Shown here in pieces: positions 10,084 through 20,959 of a stretch of DNA of 64,000 bases (within the stretch, counting starts at the first letter, position 1; each line of letters starts with the position of its first letter). The notes beneath the pieces are model-generated. The model ran no database searches, was not told the origin of the DNA, and saw only the letters and a program-made list of their open reading frames with translations. A program made the translations under genes and the position numbers. The DNA is from an uncultured delta proteobacterium (GTDB taxonomy: Bacteria; Desulfobacterota; Syntrophia; Syntrophales; UBA2185), in assembly GCA_963695875.1 (NCBI GenBank), contig CAVOID010000005.1, forward strand, positions 32,001 to 96,000, written 5' to 3'.

Positions 10084-13000
10084 CTATGCAACCATTTCCT
10101 GGATGCTCACCCTGGCGGTAAACCACCACTCTTCCTCACCCGGTGCGCTGATTTCCATGCTCGCGATCTTAAAACCCGCTTCCGATATGATGGTCAGGAT
10201 GTCCTCCTTTGAGCGGAAGTGCGGCATACTTTTTTGAAGCGTGATCCTTGTCGTTTCTATCCATCGTGTCCAGGGAATGCGTTTTCCCGAAGGCACCGTC
10301 GCCCTGATTATCAAAGAACCGTCTGTACGCATTTTTCCGCGAAGACGCTTTAAAGTCAACCTGAATTCGTCATCGGTTATCAGATGGATCATATCCAAGA
10401 GAAGCGCCGTGTCGGCCATCCCGGAAACGTCGGGTATATCGGGAGCGCCTCCGATCTCGACGGTACCCCTTTTGCCTATCGCCCGCGATGCGAAACGCAC
10501 ACGCTTACGATCTGGCTCGATGCCGTATACCTGCGCACGGGGAAACAGCTCGAGAAGCCAGACAGCGGGCACACCATAGCCTGTTCCCACATCTATGATG
10601 ATTACCGGCTGTTTGACAAAATCGGCAAGCCGCGGGAACATGGGATCGAGGATGATTTTGAAACGGGCAAAAAGCCTCGGATATGCCTCCATATGCCGGT
10701 ACCGCTCTAACGCACGCTGCCGGTGCCTTTTCGAACCGGGTACAATTACCTCATCCGACGGTTGTACAGGTGTAAACATCCGTTTCAGGATGGGCGGTGT
10801 AATCATCACAGCACCCAGGAAAGAATAACCAATTCCCAGGGCAAGGCCCAGCCCCGCACTTTTCAGCATGGCATTGTCTGCGAGCGCCAGAATACCGAAC
10901 CCCAGAAATGTTGTAGCGAAGGAAAGAAAAACGGAGAGGCGGATAAGCCCCAAAGAAGGATCATATTCATCGAAATAACGCTGATAGGAGCGTACGAGAT
11001 AAAGGGCATAGTCCGTTCCCATCCCTATGACAACGACAGATACCATGAGGGTCGGTATGGTGAGAGGCTGCCCCGTGATATTCAATGTGCCGAGGGTGCA
11101 TATCAGGGCAAATAGTGTCGGCGCTATGCCGAGCAGGGTAAGCTGCCAGTCGAAAAAATAGAAGAAGGCCGTCAATATCGTGATGATGCCCACGATGACA
11201 GCCATCTTGATGAAGGCGGAAAGCAAGGTTGCTTCAAACCGTTTACCGAAGAGGGCCGGATCAAACACCCTTGCCAGCCCTGTTGCCGTGAAACGCCCGT
11301 AAAAATCCTCTCCATCATATGATGGCCCCGGTGTCAGGGTCGCAACCTCTACCCAGGAAGACCGATCCTGATTCATCGATATGCCGAGAAGGCCGGAAAA
11401 TTTTTCGGGCATATCTGTCCCCTGCACGTCCCGTTTATTTAGCAGTATGAAAAAAGGATTAAAAGCGGAAGGTGAAAAACCCAATGGCCGTGACTCTTCT
11501 CCCATAATCTTTCGAAGCCCGGCAACCCGATCCGGATTCCAGAAGCTCTGCCAGGCCGCAAGATTCTTTCGTGCCATCTCCTCGCCCGGGAAAAGCATGG
11601 AAGGGACAAATGCCTGGGAAAGCCGGCCGGCTGCAACTTCCTGAGAAAGCATATCGGCAAGACGATCGCTTTTCCGCTGCAGATCATGCCGATCGCATCC
11701 CTCCACCATAAGATACAGCCTGCTCATGATATCGCCCCATACATCGCGGACGAGTTTCTCGGCGCTTAGCGTCTCCTGGCTGACGGCGTTCATGGTATTC
11801 AGATCGACACGAAATTCCGGCCTGGCGAAAAACAGCATTACAATCGCAAAAGCCAATGCGGCATACGCCTTCCACATACCGCCGGAAGACGCGATTCTGT
11901 TGACTATGCGCTGCAGCGGCAGATAGGGCGGGTGTTTTGCGGGGGTCATCACGGGAAATAACAGCGGGAAGAAAGTGTGAACAAAGATATAGGTAAATAC
12001 AACTCCCAGAGCGGCAAACTGGCCTATCTCCATCAGGGCGGGAAACCCGCTCACGGACAGAAATGCAAAGCTGACGGCAGTCGTCAGCATGGCAAGGAGA
12101 CCCAGGGACCAGACCTCCCTGGTAGTTTCCAGGCCGCGTGTTTCGTATGGACGGTCAAGAAAAAGAAGATAGGTGATACCGTAATCAACGGTAAAGGAAA
12201 TAATCGCCCCGCCAAAACCGACGGCCAGCATGGAAATGGTAGGGTGAAAAAGGGAATACACAAAGATCGCCATCATGGTTCCGGCAAAGGCCGGCAGCAG
12301 GGACAAGAGTCCGATCAGGGGTCTGGGAAAGCCTACGAAGAGCAGGAGGGCGATGGCAACAGTTGAAAACAGGACTGCCCTCTTGACATTCCTTTTTGCG
12401 CTAAGCTCATTATCAAGAGCGGCACGATAGGCGCCGACCGGTGTCAGCGTGAATCCGTTCTGCCGGCCATATTTCCCATGCAGCTCCTCAGAGATATTAT
12501 CCAACAGCGTCGTGGCATGTCTTGAAAACCTCGTATCCATGCCGGAACTTAAAGGCTCGGCGATGATCAAGATATGCTTTCCGTCCGATGAGACGAGATG
12601 ACCTTTATATATCCGGGCACCTTTTGCGGGTGAAAGAAACGATAAACGTGAAAGGACCAGATTTCGCAATGCGAGGGGATCATCGGAGATAAGCCCGGTC
12701 TGGCCGATCCCTTCAAGAAGATGCAGGGAAGAGTAATAGGCCCCCATGGTCTGCCGCACCTTTTCGGGCGCCAGCAGTGGTTTGACGTTCTCTTCAAGCT
12801 CCTTCTTATCGAAGAGGATCGGGAAGATGATCGACAATATGCCGGATCAGCTCCGGCATCAATTGACCGATGTGACTGAATCCCACCTCTTTGAAGAGGC
12901 CGCTCTGCCCGCATTTCAGCTTCAACCAGGTTCGCCCCTTCAATAAGGACATCAATGTCCCCGCCGGGATATCCCACGTCGACGACCACCCGGTCATGAA

Positions 13001-13181
13001 TCGGATGATGCATGATAACATAGCGAGCATCGGCTAAAACGGGATCGCTCTGGGGAAGAGAGGCCAAGATATCGGTATCAAATTGGAGACGGTATATCCC
13101 TGCTGTGAATAGCCCTACGACAGCTAAGATCACGACGATCACAAGGGACCATCTCAAAAGGTATCTGTGCGCATTCATCAT
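10084..13181 (-). CDS. MMPL/RND-family exporter fused to a C-terminal class I SAM methyltransferase; frameshifts near 12910 and 12822
   Basis: Two transmembrane bundles with VDYG and GMGTDY motifs; C-terminal IIDVGTGYG SAM-binding motif; three ORF pieces join into one gene. Confidence 0.85.
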
Positions 13182-13198
13182 GAAAGGTTATCAAAAGG

Positions 13199-13916
13199 CT
13201 ATTTTCTTCGTATAAAGGGCAATACACATAATCTCATGAAAATCAGACGGCTGAAGGTGCCGGTATTCCGGCAGAAATCGACAAAGCCGCGATAATGGGA
13301 GACCCTCTCATTTTCGGTTTCATACGTCACGTCGACGGGCGTCTCCAGAACAGGTATGCCATGCCATTTAGCCCTGACCAGAATTTCAACCTCAAATTGG
13401 AAACGCTGCGCCCTCACACCGAGATGCATGGCCTCCGGAAGGGGATACAGTCTGAATCCGCTTTGCGTGTCACGGATGTCCGGACCTCCTGACGTTCGAA
13501 CCCAGAAGTTTGAAAACGCCCTGCCAAAACGGCTCGTCCACGGCACATGGCGGTGATTCATTCCCTCCCTGTGACCGACAACGATGGGTCTTTGGCCAAG
13601 TGGAACAGCCATGATCAGATTCCGGGCATCTTCAGGATGATGTTGTCCATCGGCATCCATGGTGACTACCCAGTCCGCCAGGGGGGCAGCCGCTGCAAAA
13701 CCGGTCAGAATGGCAGCGCCCTTTCCTCTGTTGGTTCCATGACGGATGATGGTGACAGGCAATATATCCTTTATACGGTCGTAAGTGGAATCCGTCGAGC
13801 CGTCATCGATAACAAACAGGGGCAAGTGAAGCTTCAGGGCTTCCCTGACCACCTGCGTAACCTTCTCCCTCATGATTGTAAACGGGAATCACGACAGCAA
13901 TGCGGTCTTTGTTCAT
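13199..13916 (-). CDS. Glycosyltransferase family 2; frameshift near 13868
   Basis: N-terminus MNKDRIAVVIPVYNH in another frame from the ATG at 13916; DDGSTD, NRGKG, DADGQH and DTQSGFR motifs. Confidence 0.9.
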
Positions 13917-13988
13917 CAGTCCGCTTTCTCACTCCAAATGATTATCCCTGATCGAATCCACAGGGAACTAGGTATGTCGTCTCAAATC

Positions 13989-14264
13989 TTAATTCCTCTC
14001 CCTGAACTTCTTCATCGCTGCGGGGATCTTGTCCGGCTGTTCCATAAGCATGACCAGATCATTAAATATTGTATCTTCATGCAGAAGTTCCAGCGGGAGA
14101 TCCACATGGAAGGTATCGTGTAAAAGGATCTGTAAATTCACAGCCACCATTGAATCCCAGTCGGGGATTTCACCCAGTTTAGTCTCCGGGGTGATAGATC
14201 CGTCGCCGATTTCAAAAAAATTATCCAAGAGAACTTGTTTCATCGTTTGCCAAATATCATTCAT
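13989..14264 (-). CDS. Acyl carrier protein (second, divergent)
   Basis: 91 aa acidic protein with a WDSM phosphopantetheine site, next to fabH. Confidence 0.85.
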   Translation of the reverse strand: MNDIWQTMKQVLLDNFFEIGDGSITPETKLGEIPDWDSMVAVNLQILLHDTFHVDLPLELLHEDTIFNDLVMLMEQPDKIPAAMKKFRERN

Positions 14265-14279
14265 GCCATGTTCCTCACG

Positions 14280-15260
14280 TCAGATACGTATCAGGTTCGC
14301 TCCCCAGGACAGCCCACCACCAAAAGATACTGTTACGACAAGATCGCCTTTCGCAACGACGCTCGTGGAAATCGCTTCATCGAGGGCTATCAGAACGGAC
14401 GCGGCAGCGGTATTGCCGTAGGAAGAGAGGTTCATAAAAAACCGGTCCGCGGATACAGCGAGAATGCCTGCGATTTTGTGAATGATATTCGCATTCGCCT
14501 GATGACAGACAAAGCACTTGATGTCGTTTATTTCCACGTCAGCATCCTTGAGGATCTGAAGAATGATCTCGGAACCTTTGTCCACGGCAAAGTTAAATAC
14601 ATCGATCCCTTTCATCTTGAAAAACGCCGACCTGGTATTGGTCATTTTTGCAAAAGGCAGCATCGTCCCCCCTGCGGGAACACTGATGGTATCGCTGCCG
14701 CTTCCGTCTGTTCTCAGACAGGAATGCAGAACTCCTTCGGCAGAGGTGCCGCCTGCTTGAAAAAGGACGGCCCCGGCACCGTCTCCGAAAAAGGGATATG
14801 AGGAAAAATCCTTTCGATTCATTATTTTTGAATAGACTTCCGATGCGACCAAAAGGACATTGTCGCAATATCCCGATTTAATGAGGGCGTCCGCAATGGC
14901 AATGCCGAAGGTGCTTCCCGAACAGACTGAATTGATGTCGAAGGCAAAGGCCTTCTTCGCACCTATAATATGCTGCACCCGCGCCGCTGTCGCTGGCTGC
15001 ATACGATCCGGAGAAGAGGTGGCAAGAAGAATCGCTTCCAACATTTCCGGTGAATAAGCAATCTTATCAAGACACTTAATCGCCGCCTGCACAGCCAGAT
15101 CCGACGTGCATTCCTTATCGGAGGCCATCCTTCGGAAAAACACACCGGTCTTCTCGCCGATAAGATGAATCGCCTCCTGTGGAAATTGTTTCAGGTCTTC
15201 ATTGCTGACGACTGTTTCCGGCAGGTAGCTGCCCGTTGATGCTATAACCGCATTGCGCAT
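14280..15260 (-). CDS. fabH: 3-oxoacyl-ACP synthase III
   Basis: Cys (SVCSG), His (HQAN) and Asn (GNT) triad; FGDGAGA and FGGGLSWG motifs. Confidence 0.93.
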   Translation of the reverse strand: MRNAVIASTGSYLPETVVSNEDLKQFPQEAIHLIGEKTGVFFRRMASDKECTSDLAVQAAIKCLDKIAYSPEMLEAILLATSSPDRMQPATAARVQHIIGAKKAFAFDINSVCSGSTFGIAIADALIKSGYCDNVLLVASEVYSKIMNRKDFSSYPFFGDGAGAVLFQAGGTSAEGVLHSCLRTDGSGSDTISVPAGGTMLPFAKMTNTRSAFFKMKGIDVFNFAVDKGSEIILQILKDADVEINDIKCFVCHQANANIIHKIAGILAVSADRFFMNLSSYGNTAAASVLIALDEAISTSVVAKGDLVVTVSFGGGLSWGANLIRI

Positions 15261-15288
15261 TTAATAACTTATCCGCCTCAAATTATAA

Positions 15289-15708
15289 TCAAAACCCCAG
15301 GGCCTGTCTGATTTCATCGGGGATGGTGAACATGATTTCCATCTCCGGCGCCTTTACGGCAACCTGCTCGGTTCTCCCGCGGGTACAAACTCTGCCGTCA
15401 GCTTTAAGCCTGATTTCAAAATCCACGATGATTTTTGTCTTTCCCTCAACCACAGTGGCCTTGCAGATAAATTCATCGCCGTGCCTCAGGGGATAGATGT
15501 GTTTTGTGGTCGTCTTGATGATGGGAAACAGATACTGTGTCCTCAGATAAAACTCATAGAGGTCTATGCCCACCTGTGCGAAAAGGGCCACTCTGGCATC
15601 CTCAAAGTAAAGAAAATAATTCCCGTGCCATACGATCTGCATGGGGTCAAGATCGTAAAACGGCACCTTGTGCGTAATCTCGCAGCTCGGCTGATGTTTT
15701 CCGGTCAT
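15289..15708 (-). CDS. Acyl-CoA/ACP thioesterase (4HBT/YbgC hotdog family)
   Basis: FYDLDPMQIVWHGNYFLYFEDAR motif. Confidence 0.9.
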   Translation of the reverse strand: MTGKHQPSCEITHKVPFYDLDPMQIVWHGNYFLYFEDARVALFAQVGIDLYEFYLRTQYLFPIIKTTTKHIYPLRHGDEFICKATVVEGKTKIIVDFEIRLKADGRVCTRGRTEQVAVKAPEMEIMFTIPDEIRQALGF

Positions 15709-15875
15709 TATGATTTCCCTTTTTTAATTGGGGAAGTATAGGAAGAAGGTTGGTAACTGTCAAGAGGAAACGACCAAGTGCTGTTTCTTCTTTATGCCAT
15801 ATGCGGCTTCCGTTAAAACATAAAACTCCGAAGTCCGCCAGTATGAGCAGGATAAGGCATTTTATCATAATTCTT

Positions 15876-15904
15876 TTGACACACAGGGACATTTTACTTA
15901 CACT
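15876..15904 (+). promoter_or_regulatory. Sigma70-type promoter for the radical SAM gene, possibly leaderless
   Basis: TTGACA-N17-TACACT ending 6 nt before the ATG at 15911; no SD sequence. Confidence 0.55.
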
Positions 15905-15910
15905 TAACCA

Positions 15911-17362
15911 ATGAAAAAGGGTATTTCTGTCAAAAAACGTATTGCCCTTGTCCATCCGCGTGGATTTAACTGGTTTCCCGGTCAGCGCGATATCACGGAT
16001 ATCGCCAATCGCATGGTCCCTCAGGGATTGCTTTCCATCGCCTCTTATCTATTAAACCAGGGACATGACGTTTCTGTTTACGACTGCCTCGGTCCGGACA
16101 TTCCCTTTGACCTAAATGAGCAGGCTAAAGCAATCCTGGATTATCAACCGCAGATTGTCGGATTTTCGGCCACAACATCTTCGTTCTTGGATGCTGCGGA
16201 GATCGCACAAAAAATCAAGGAACACTCTCGGCATATTACAACTGTCTGCGGAGGCGTCCATGTTTCTGCATTGGAGGGCAAGCTGCTTCACTCTTACGGT
16301 GCCTTTGATTTTCTTTGCGCCGGCGAGGGTGAAATGACAATGGCAGAGATTGCCCAGGGCATGGATCCCGCTGAAATCAAGGGTTTGATATGGCGTCAAG
16401 GCTCCCATGCAGCTACAAATCAGCCGCGCCCCCAGATAGCCGATCTGGACAGTCTTCCTTTTCCCGCTTATGAAAAACTCAGAGGCTTCCCTTCCGATTA
16501 CCATCTGCCTTTGTTCAGCTATGTAAATACGCCCGGGGCGACGATGATTACCTCAAGGGGATGCGTGCATCAATGTTCTTACTGTGACCGTTCCGTGTTC
16601 AAGAAGGGATTCCGCTATAACTCGGCATCTTACATTTACGAACACATGAAATATCTGCGGACAAGATTCAATGTGCGGCATATCAATATTTATGATGACC
16701 TGTTTACGGCAGACCGTGTGCGGATTGTTGAGCTTTGCGAGAAACTCGCCCGTCATCCGTTGGGGATAAATTTCAACTGTGCTGTGAGGGTAGGTTACAC
16801 GGACGATGAATTGCTCAAGATGCTGAAAGATGCGGGCTGCCTCATGGTTTCCCTCGGCATAGAATCAGCAGACCCGCACATATTAGCCAGGCACAAATCG
16901 GGGGTTTCGCTCGACGATGTGCGTGATACCGTAAGGCGTATCCAGGCTGCGGGGCTGCGGGCAAAAGGGCTGTTTATGATGGGGCTGCCGGGCGAAACGG
17001 AAGAATCTATTCGACGGACATCTGATTTTATTATATCATTGGGAGTGGATGATATGAATATGTCCAAGTTTACCCCCTTCCCCGGCGCACCTCTCTGGTC
17101 GACTATCAGGGAAGAAGGGGCCTTTAATGAAGATTGGCGGCTTATGAATTGTCTGAATTTTGTTTTTGTCCCGAAAGGAATTGCATCAAAAGAGAAAATG
17201 GATCTACTTTACAATGAGCACGTGAAGCGCTTTTATTCAGATCCTGATTGGCGCGGAAAATTCCGGCGTCGTCTATGGCAGCACCGTAGAAGTCTGATGT
17301 ATTTAATTCGTCATCTACCGTCTTTCTGGTCGGCGAAGCGCCAGTTTGAGCCTGGCAAATGA
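15911..17362 (+). CDS. B12-binding radical SAM protein (class B-like) 1
   Basis: N-terminal cobalamin-binding domain (PQGLLSIA, GGVH, GEGE), SRGCVHQCSYC, GIES, GLPGET. Confidence 0.92.
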   Translation: MKKGISVKKRIALVHPRGFNWFPGQRDITDIANRMVPQGLLSIASYLLNQGHDVSVYDCLGPDIPFDLNEQAKAILDYQPQIVGFSATTSSFLDAAEIAQKIKEHSRHITTVCGGVHVSALEGKLLHSYGAFDFLCAGEGEMTMAEIAQGMDPAEIKGLIWRQGSHAATNQPRPQIADLDSLPFPAYEKLRGFPSDYHLPLFSYVNTPGATMITSRGCVHQCSYCDRSVFKKGFRYNSASYIYEHMKYLRTRFNVRHINIYDDLFTADRVRIVELCEKLARHPLGINFNCAVRVGYTDDELLKMLKDAGCLMVSLGIESADPHILARHKSGVSLDDVRDTVRRIQAAGLRAKGLFMMGLPGETEESIRRTSDFIISLGVDDMNMSKFTPFPGAPLWSTIREEGAFNEDWRLMNCLNFVFVPKGIASKEKMDLLYNEHVKRFYSDPDWRGKFRRRLWQHRRSLMYLIRHLPSFWSAKRQFEPGK

Positions 17363-17395
17363 AGTATATAGTGGGATTCCAATTGTGAGGTAAAT

Positions 17396-18238
17396 ATGCG
17401 TATTCATCGTTGGCTGGTGGCAGCTTTAATAATCTGTGGCTTTTTACTACCCCAGAGCGCTATTTGTGAGGAAAAGCCTCTTTGGGAATTGGGTGCGGGG
17501 TTAGCACTTCTCCGGCTTCCTGATTATCGGGGTTCTGACGAAAACAGATACTACTTACTGCCTTTTCCCTACATAATCTATCGCGGCGATATTTTAAGAG
17601 TAGACAGGGAGCGTATTTCGGGACGCATATTTAAAACTGACAGACTCTTATTAGACGTCAGTCTTTACGGTAGTGTGCCTGTCGATAGTTCCAGAAACAG
17701 CGCCCGCAGCGGCATGCCGGATCTGGATCCGACTTTTGAAATAGGCCCATCGCTGGAAGTTAAGCTTCTGGATAACAAACAGGATCGTTATAAATTAGGT
17801 GTCAACCTGCCTGTGCGCGCCGTTTTTGCGATAAATTCTTCATCGTTGTATCGTGAAGGCTTTGTATTCAGTCCAAGGCTGAATTTCGAAAAAAACGATT
17901 TAATTCCCGAGACCGGTTTAAATCTGGGAATTTCAGCCGGTCCGATGTTCGCTACCAGTGATTATCATAGTTATTATTATTCGGTGGATCCGGCTTTTGC
18001 CACTCCATCACGCCCTTCTTATTCCGCCGGCAGTGGCTATAGCGGTTCCAGGCTTACCGCCGGTTTAAATAAAGGTTATAAACAACTTATCTTTAATGCT
18101 TTTGTCAGTCTGGATTTCCTCCAGGGCGCCGTTTTTGAGGACTCTCCATTGGTAAAAACCAAATATTCCGTCATGTGGGGTTTTGCCGTATCCTGGATTT
18201 TTCTCAAATCGGAAAGGTTAGTCTCGACAGATAGATAA
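17396..18238 (+). CDS. MipA/OmpV-family outer membrane protein
   Basis: Signal peptide; PDYRGSD...LPFPY and YHSYYY patterns; alternating beta-strand residues. Confidence 0.8.
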   Translation: MRIHRWLVAALIICGFLLPQSAICEEKPLWELGAGLALLRLPDYRGSDENRYYLLPFPYIIYRGDILRVDRERISGRIFKTDRLLLDVSLYGSVPVDSSRNSARSGMPDLDPTFEIGPSLEVKLLDNKQDRYKLGVNLPVRAVFAINSSSLYREGFVFSPRLNFEKNDLIPETGLNLGISAGPMFATSDYHSYYYSVDPAFATPSRPSYSAGSGYSGSRLTAGLNKGYKQLIFNAFVSLDFLQGAVFEDSPLVKTKYSVMWGFAVSWIFLKSERLVSTDR

Positions 18239-18342
18239 CGCTGATTGTGCAATATCTCATTTCCCAAAAATCATTTGACAACATGTTGACTTTTCATTAG
18301 ATTAAATTGCAATCAAATCCATGTCAGCCGGAAGAGCCTTTC

Positions 18343-20484
18343 ATGTTAAAACTTAGGATACCTCTCATTGTCATCTTCATCCTTCTCCTGCCTCTTCATG
18401 GATATTCCGCCCCACCTCTCCTGAGCCGCTGGGTAACACTCCGTTCAGACTCGAGGGAACAGGTCAAAGAGATCATCCGCTCCGAGGTGGACAGCCGCGA
18501 AGGTTACTCTACCTCTCAGGAGGAAAAGGCGAATCTGAACGCCGTGGACGATGAAAAGGAGACAGAGGACACGGGATACAAAAAAGCCATCGCTTCCGCA
18601 AACAGGGAGTTCGGTCGGGCCAAGAAAAGGCGTGATGATGTGACGACCCAGTTCCAGGTAATTTCAACAGAACTGGAAGAACAGCAGAAAAATATCAAAA
18701 CAATCAAGACCGGCATCGAGAATCTGGACAGCCAGATCACCCGCTTCAACCAGGACATCAATACCCAGCAAGCCGCTCTCAAAAAATGGCTTCAGACCGA
18801 AAAACAAGGGGAGGCTCTCGCGGCTGTGATCTATACCCGGGGGTTCAAGGATAAAGCCCACGCTCTGGAAAGCTTAGCCGATCAGGCCTCGGCTCCGCTG
18901 ATGGCCCAGTATATGGGCACCTACATACAATCTTTCACAAAAGTCATCAATGCTGTCCTTTCCGTCGATTTTATCCGTGCTATCGAGGAAGGAACAGCCA
19001 AGTGGAACAACGAGGAACCTTTGCGGATCGAACTTGAAAAGGGGAATAAGGGCACCGCCTATCTGCGCCTGAAGCGCTATGAGTTGTACCCCTTCCAGCC
19101 TCCAAAAGGGGGGCGGGTAAAACCGATGCCGGCTTCAAAAAACATCCAGGCTGTTGTTGCCACTTCGAAAAAGGAACTGGATGCATTTCTTGCTCAAAAT
19201 GGCTATTCCCCGGCCAATTATGACTTGACACGTGCCTACAACGCGGTCAAGGAGACTGCACAGATGAATGCCGCTGCCGAAGAAGGTCTCCAGGAGCAGG
19301 TCCGTTCGTTCCAGGATAGGATTAATTCCCTACAGGAAAGGATCTCCTCTGCACGATCGGAAAAGGAATCACAGTTGTCACTCCTGAAGAGGAAGGAGGA
19401 ACAGGTCAAGAAGACATCGCAGGATACTGCCTCAGTGCAGTCGAATAAGGAAGAGGCAGACCACGCCTTCCAGGGGACACAGAAAGCCCTCCACGATATC
19501 CGGCGTGTCCGGGAATCCATCATCATCAAAACCGCCCTTGCCACTGCGCGGGGTTCCCAGAGCCCTGCTGAGGCGTCAGCGGAAGCCATCAACGATAAGC
19601 TGGCCGAGGTGAAGAACGATGCGAAGACACAGCACTCAAGTTCCACTACGGAAGTGACCAATTTCCAGGTCACGGCGGAAGCTTCAATCCAGGCCGTCAC
19701 GGAAGCCCGCATCACCTCCGTTCGTTTGATCTCTTTTATCAATGAGGGGGATAGTGTCCGAGTAAAAATGGCTTTCCGGGTAAGAACAGTGCTGGGGGAG
19801 ACAGGAGAGGAAGGGACCAGGGAAACACCGCAGCCAGCCGCGAAGACTACACCCAAAAAGAAGATTGCCCGTGTGGTACCTCCACCTACTAGGCCATCGG
19901 GCGAGGAGGAAAGGAAAACGGTAACAGCACCGGAACCTGAAAAGGTTCCACCTGCTAGGCCATCGGGCGAGGAGGAAAGGAGAACGGTAACAGCACTGGA
20001 ACCTGAAAAGGCTCCACCTGCTAGGCCGCCCGTAAAGAGGAATCACAAGGCCCTGGGGTCCGGTGAAATCAAGGATATTTTATTTGAGTTAATCAGAGTC
20101 AAGATGTCGGGTGGAGAGATCTCCGTCTTTGTGGATGTGACGAACGTTTCCGAAGACTCCAACCGTCACGTGGCCATCTACGATGAGAACTATCGCTGGG
20201 GGAAATCGAAACTCACAGACACCGCGGGTAAGGACTATGAAGTCTCGCAGGTTGTTTTCTGGAAAGGAGATCAGAAGACATCCATGTACTCGGCAGGGAT
20301 GCGGGGGGTACAGGCAGATGCGGGATCAACACAAACGGCGCAGCTCATCTTCAAAAAAGTACCTTCCAACTTGAAAACGATCAAAAAACTTACGCTTCAT
20401 CCCTTCGTCTATTGGCGCGTGGTTTTCGTCTGGAAATGGCAGGATCAGGATCTGGCATTCGAGAATATCCGCTTGAGCCGATAG
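18343..20484 (+). CDS. Secreted coiled-coil protein of unknown function with Pro-rich linker and beta-rich C-terminal domain
   Basis: Long ORF with signal peptide, two heptad-rich segments and an internal 22-aa repeat. Confidence 0.75.
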   Translation: MLKLRIPLIVIFILLLPLHGYSAPPLLSRWVTLRSDSREQVKEIIRSEVDSREGYSTSQEEKANLNAVDDEKETEDTGYKKAIASANREFGRAKKRRDDVTTQFQVISTELEEQQKNIKTIKTGIENLDSQITRFNQDINTQQAALKKWLQTEKQGEALAAVIYTRGFKDKAHALESLADQASAPLMAQYMGTYIQSFTKVINAVLSVDFIRAIEEGTAKWNNEEPLRIELEKGNKGTAYLRLKRYELYPFQPPKGGRVKPMPASKNIQAVVATSKKELDAFLAQNGYSPANYDLTRAYNAVKETAQMNAAAEEGLQEQVRSFQDRINSLQERISSARSEKESQLSLLKRKEEQVKKTSQDTASVQSNKEEADHAFQGTQKALHDIRRVRESIIIKTALATARGSQSPAEASAEAINDKLAEVKNDAKTQHSSSTTEVTNFQVTAEASIQAVTEARITSVRLISFINEGDSVRVKMAFRVRTVLGETGEEGTRETPQPAAKTTPKKKIARVVPPPTRPSGEEERKTVTAPEPEKVPPARPSGEEERRTVTALEPEKAPPARPPVKRNHKALGSGEIKDILFELIRVKMSGGEISVFVDVTNVSEDSNRHVAIYDENYRWGKSKLTDTAGKDYEVSQVVFWKGDQKTSMYSAGMRGVQADAGSTQTAQLIFKKVPSNLKTIKKLTLHPFVYWRVVFVWKWQDQDLAFENIRLSR
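19882..20027 (+). repeat. Intragenic 66-bp tandem repeat (about 2.2 copies)
   Basis: Encodes PPTRPSGEEERKTVTAPEPEKV / PPARPSGEEERRTVTALEPEKA / PPARP. Confidence 0.9.
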
Positions 20485-20518
20485 ATACCCCGCATTCAGG
20501 AAAGAAAAGCCTGTCTCT

Positions 20519-20887
20519 ATGATTCGAAAAATCGCTGAACGCCTTGCCAAAACGAAATATGTCCGTGACGCCATGGAGGATCCGACGGAACTTAAGGACA
20601 TCCGAAGGGAGCGTTCAACCCGGATGATCGTGGGACTTGTCCTCGTGGGCTTCAGTTACATCATCGGATGGCCGGCTGTGACAGCCCTGGGCATCCTGGC
20701 AGTTTACTTTCGTGAACCCTTGATTGCCTTAGTTGGGGGACCGGTCATCTATGGCTTTTCCCACCTGGTCTTTCTTGCCGGCGCCTGGCTGGCCGGGGCA
20801 CGACATGCACGGATACTGATGAGATACGCCACAAAAGTCCTGTTCAAAAAAATCCTTCACCACAACGCAAGAACATTTCCGGTGTGA
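20519..20887 (+). CDS. Small membrane protein
   Basis: 122 aa with two or three hydrophobic segments, directly downstream of the previous gene. Confidence 0.7.
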   Translation: MIRKIAERLAKTKYVRDAMEDPTELKDIRRERSTRMIVGLVLVGFSYIIGWPAVTALGILAVYFREPLIALVGGPVIYGFSHLVFLAGAWLAGARHARILMRYATKVLFKKILHHNARTFPV

Positions 20888-20959
20888 AGCTTCATCGGAG
20901 GCTGTCCCTGATGCCGGGTAGCGACCAGTTTTGCCCCTTTAATTTATGGGGACTTTCAT

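Noticed and set aside
19882..20027. Direct repeats as a CRISPR array
   Set aside because: They are in-frame coding tandem repeats with no unique spacers, and no cas genes are present.
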